From Verrucomicrobiota bacterium (GTDB lineage Bacteria > Verrucomicrobiota > Verrucomicrobiia > Limisphaerales > SXQI01), in assembly GCA_033762115.1 (NCBI GenBank), contig JANRLX010000126.1:1-63020 (forward strand): DNA of 63,020 bases. The letters run 5' to 3'. Both the position numbers and the translations under genes were made by a program. Below the pieces are notes generated by a model. It saw only the letters and a program-made list of their open reading frames with translations. It searched no databases and had not been told where the DNA came from. Shown here one piece after another: positions 60,650 to 63,020 of this stretch (position 1 is the stretch's first letter; every line of letters starts with the position of its first letter).

Positions 60650-63020
60650 TCAACCCAGCAATTCTTCCAACTCCTCCCAGCTCAACCCCGCCGCAAACTC
60701 CTCTTCACTCCCCAGCGTTCCCCGGATGATTTCCCGTTTCCGGTTTTGCAAACTGACAATTTTTTCCTCCACCGTTCCCCGCGTGATTAATTTATAACTC
60801 GTTACCACCCGCGTTTGGCCAATTCGATGGGCACGGTCGGTCGCCTGGTCTTCCACTGCCGGGTTCCACCACGGGTCAAAATGAACCACCGTGTCTGCCG
60901 CTGTCAGGTTCAATCCCACGCCGCCCGCTTTCAGGCTGATCAAAAACACTGGAATCTCCCTGCTCGTCTGGAATTCATTCACCACCGCCGCCCGGTTGCT
61001 TGTGGAACCATCCAGATAACTGTAACGCACCTCCTGCTCCTTCAAACTCTCCTCGATCAGCTTCAACATCCTCACGAACTGGCTGAACACCAGCACCCGA
61101 TGCCCCCCATCAATGATCTCCTGCAACAACTCATTGAATAATTCCAGCTTCGCCGAGGAATTCTCAGCCTCCACCTTCTCCAGGTTCAACAACCGCATGT
61201 CGCAGCAAATCTGCCGCAACCGCAGCAGGACATTCAAAATCAGCAATCGACTTTTCTGGATTCCCTGGCTCCGAACCGAATCGGAAATCTGTTCCCGTCC
61301 CGTCTCAAGCATCTGCTGATACAATCCCCTTTGCGCTTCCGTCAGTTCGCAATACGCAATCTGCTCAATTTTATCCGGCAACTCACGCGCCACATCCTTT
61401 TTCAATCGTCGCAATAAAAACGGCTTCACCCGTCGTGACAATCGTTTCTGCGCCTCCACATTTTTGTCCCTCGTGATCGGTACCTCATAACGCTCCTTGA
61501 AATCCTTCGCCGACCCCAAATATCCCGGCATCAGAAAATCGAACATCGACCACAAATCCAGCACCGAATTTTCCAGTGGGGTTCCCGTCAGCGCCAGTCG
61601 ATGCCCTGCTCGAATCATCTTCACCGCCTGCGCATTCTGGGTTTGCCGGTTCTTGATATGCTGCGCCTCATCCAGCACCACCGTATCGAACTCCACCTTT
61701 CGATACTCCTCCGCATCTCGCCGCACCAACCCATAACTCGTGATCACCAGGTGCGCTTTCTCCACCTCGGAAAATCGACTCTGCCGATTGCTACCCTGCA
61801 ACACCAAAGTCCGCAACTCAGGCACGAACCGTTTTGCTTCCGCTTCCCAATTCTGCACCAGGCTCGTGGGGCAAATCACCAGGGACGGCCCGCGCGCCCC
61901 ATTTCCAAACAAATGATTGCTCTGCAACAGCGCCAATGTTTGCAATGTCTTTCCCAACCCCATCTCATCCGCCAGAATTCCCCCAAACCGGTTTTGCCGC
62001 AGGAACGCCAGCCACGCCACACCCTCTTTTTGATACTCCCTCAACAATCCATCCAGCTTCCCCAATGCCGGGACCTGCGGTTTGATCTCACCCCGCTGCA
62101 TCCCCGCTCTCTCGCGCCATTGCTGGGGCGCATCGAATTTCCACGCCCCAAGCTCCTTGACCGCTCCCGTGAAAAATCCCGCATGCGTGCTCGAAATCCG
62201 ATATCCCCCCTGCCTCTGCTCCGGGGCGCAATCCAGCAGCACCTCCTGCAACTCCTCCACAGCCCCTGTGTCAATCACTGCGATCCGGCCATTCTTCAAC
62301 CGCGTATGACTCTGTCCCGAACGCAACAATCGCTGGATATCCGCTGATGAAAACTGCTCTCCTCCGCTGCTCCGGTAACCAATCTGCAAATCAAACCATT
62401 GCTCACCTGACCCCCGCACCTCCAGCAATGGCTCGATCCGTTCGATATTTTGTGCGGCGCTCTTCTCCAACCGCTCCTCCAGCTTCACCACCCACTCAGA
62501 CTGAAGCCTCGCAAAATGCCGCGCAAAAAACGTGATGACTTGCTCCTGCCCCTTCATGTGGAAAATTCCGCCCGTTTGCGGCCCTTCGAATCCTGCCCGC
62601 AGCAACCGCCCTTTTGCCTCCTGCTCTGCCGTCAGGTCCCGCACAAAATACTCCATCACATCCTTCCGATTCGGAATCCACATTCCCCCTGCCCCGTCAT
62701 TCACTCCCACCGTGATGACATGATCCGGATAACCAAATTGCAATTGCCCTTGCAGGATCGCCAGGCCACCCGTCAACTGCAGCCGCACCTCCGGCCCCGC
62801 CTCCGTCACCCGAAAATCCTCCACCTTGAAATCGCTCTCCACCTTTCCGCTGCTCACCAGTTCCGGCCAGTCGCGCGACAAAAAAATCGGTGCCTCATCC
62901 CGTCCAATCCTTACCGCCCCTTCAAGCAATTTTGCCGCAACCCCTGGCAACTGTAATCGCCTGAACTTCCGCTCCGAATAAATCCATCGCGCCTTCCCCG
63001 AACTCACCAGGGTCCCCTGC
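60650..63020 (-). CDS. SNF2-family helicase, 5' end outside the window
   Basis: Motifs LREYQ, ILADEMGLGKT, DEAQ, LTGTPLEN, FSQF, SLKAGGVGLNL, QATDRAHRIGQ; frame open to the window edge. Confidence 0.95.
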   Translation of the reverse strand, partial: QGTLVSSGKARWIYSERKFRRLQLPGVAAKLLEGAVRIGRDEAPIFLSRDWPELVSSGKVESDFKVEDFRVTEAGPEVRLQLTGGLAILQGQLQFGYPDHVITVGVNDGAGGMWIPNRKDVMEYFVRDLTAEQEAKGRLLRAGFEGPQTGGIFHMKGQEQVITFFARHFARLQSEWVVKLEERLEKSAAQNIERIEPLLEVRGSGEQWFDLQIGYRSSGGEQFSSADIQRLLRSGQSHTRLKNGRIAVIDTGAVEELQEVLLDCAPEQRQGGYRISSTHAGFFTGAVKELGAWKFDAPQQWRERAGMQRGEIKPQVPALGKLDGLLREYQKEGVAWLAFLRQNRFGGILADEMGLGKTLQTLALLQSNHLFGNGARGPSLVICPTSLVQNWEAEAKRFVPELRTLVLQGSNRQSRFSEVEKAHLVITSYGLVRRDAEEYRKVEFDTVVLDEAQHIKNRQTQNAQAVKMIRAGHRLALTGTPLENSVLDLWSMFDFLMPGYLGSAKDFKERYEVPITRDKNVEAQKRLSRRVKPFLLRRLKKDVARELPDKIEQIAYCELTEAQRGLYQQMLETGREQISDSVRSQGIQKSRLLILNVLLRLRQICCDMRLLNLEKVEAENSSAKLELFNELLQEIIDGGHRVLVFSQFVRMLKLIEESLKEQEVRYSYLDGSTSNRAAVVNEFQTSREIPVFLISLKAGGVGLNLTAADTVVHFDPWWNPAVEDQATDRAHRIGQTRVVTSYKLITRGTVEEKIVSLQNRKREIIRGTLGSEEEFAAGLSWEELEELLG

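Overview
This is a gene-dense core-chromosome window with about 55 CDS. The lineage is probably Verrucomicrobiota (Pedosphaera-like); this is inferred from PSCyt/DUF1549 cytochrome, CRTAC1/ASPIC, PQQ-propeller and UVR-domain proteins and from weak Shine-Dalgarno use. Housekeeping content includes zwf-pgl, thiC behind a TPP riboswitch, efp, a DEAD-box helicase, tRNA-Asn(GTT), the SRP RNA (ffs), a moxR-bat operon, two tandem hybrid histidine kinases, fmt, adk, two tandem gmd paralogues, a WcaJ-like transferase and a truncated SNF2 helicase. I saw no CRISPR array, transposase or integrase. The best candidate for an undescribed system is an overlapping three-gene cassette at 14101-17931 (minus strand). 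It encodes an asparagine-synthetase-like ATP-dependent ligase lacking the glutaminase Cys, an archaeosine-lyase (RaSEA)-like radical SAM enzyme and a flavin-dependent halogenase-like enzyme, with no carrier protein, NRPS/PKS or precursor peptide nearby. Other notable points are an EF-P with Asn at the normally modified Lys/Arg position, recurrent leaderless-type promoters, a circularly permuted PA14 domain and a strong C-over-G skew building toward the right end. All calls come from manual motif reading; no database searches were run.
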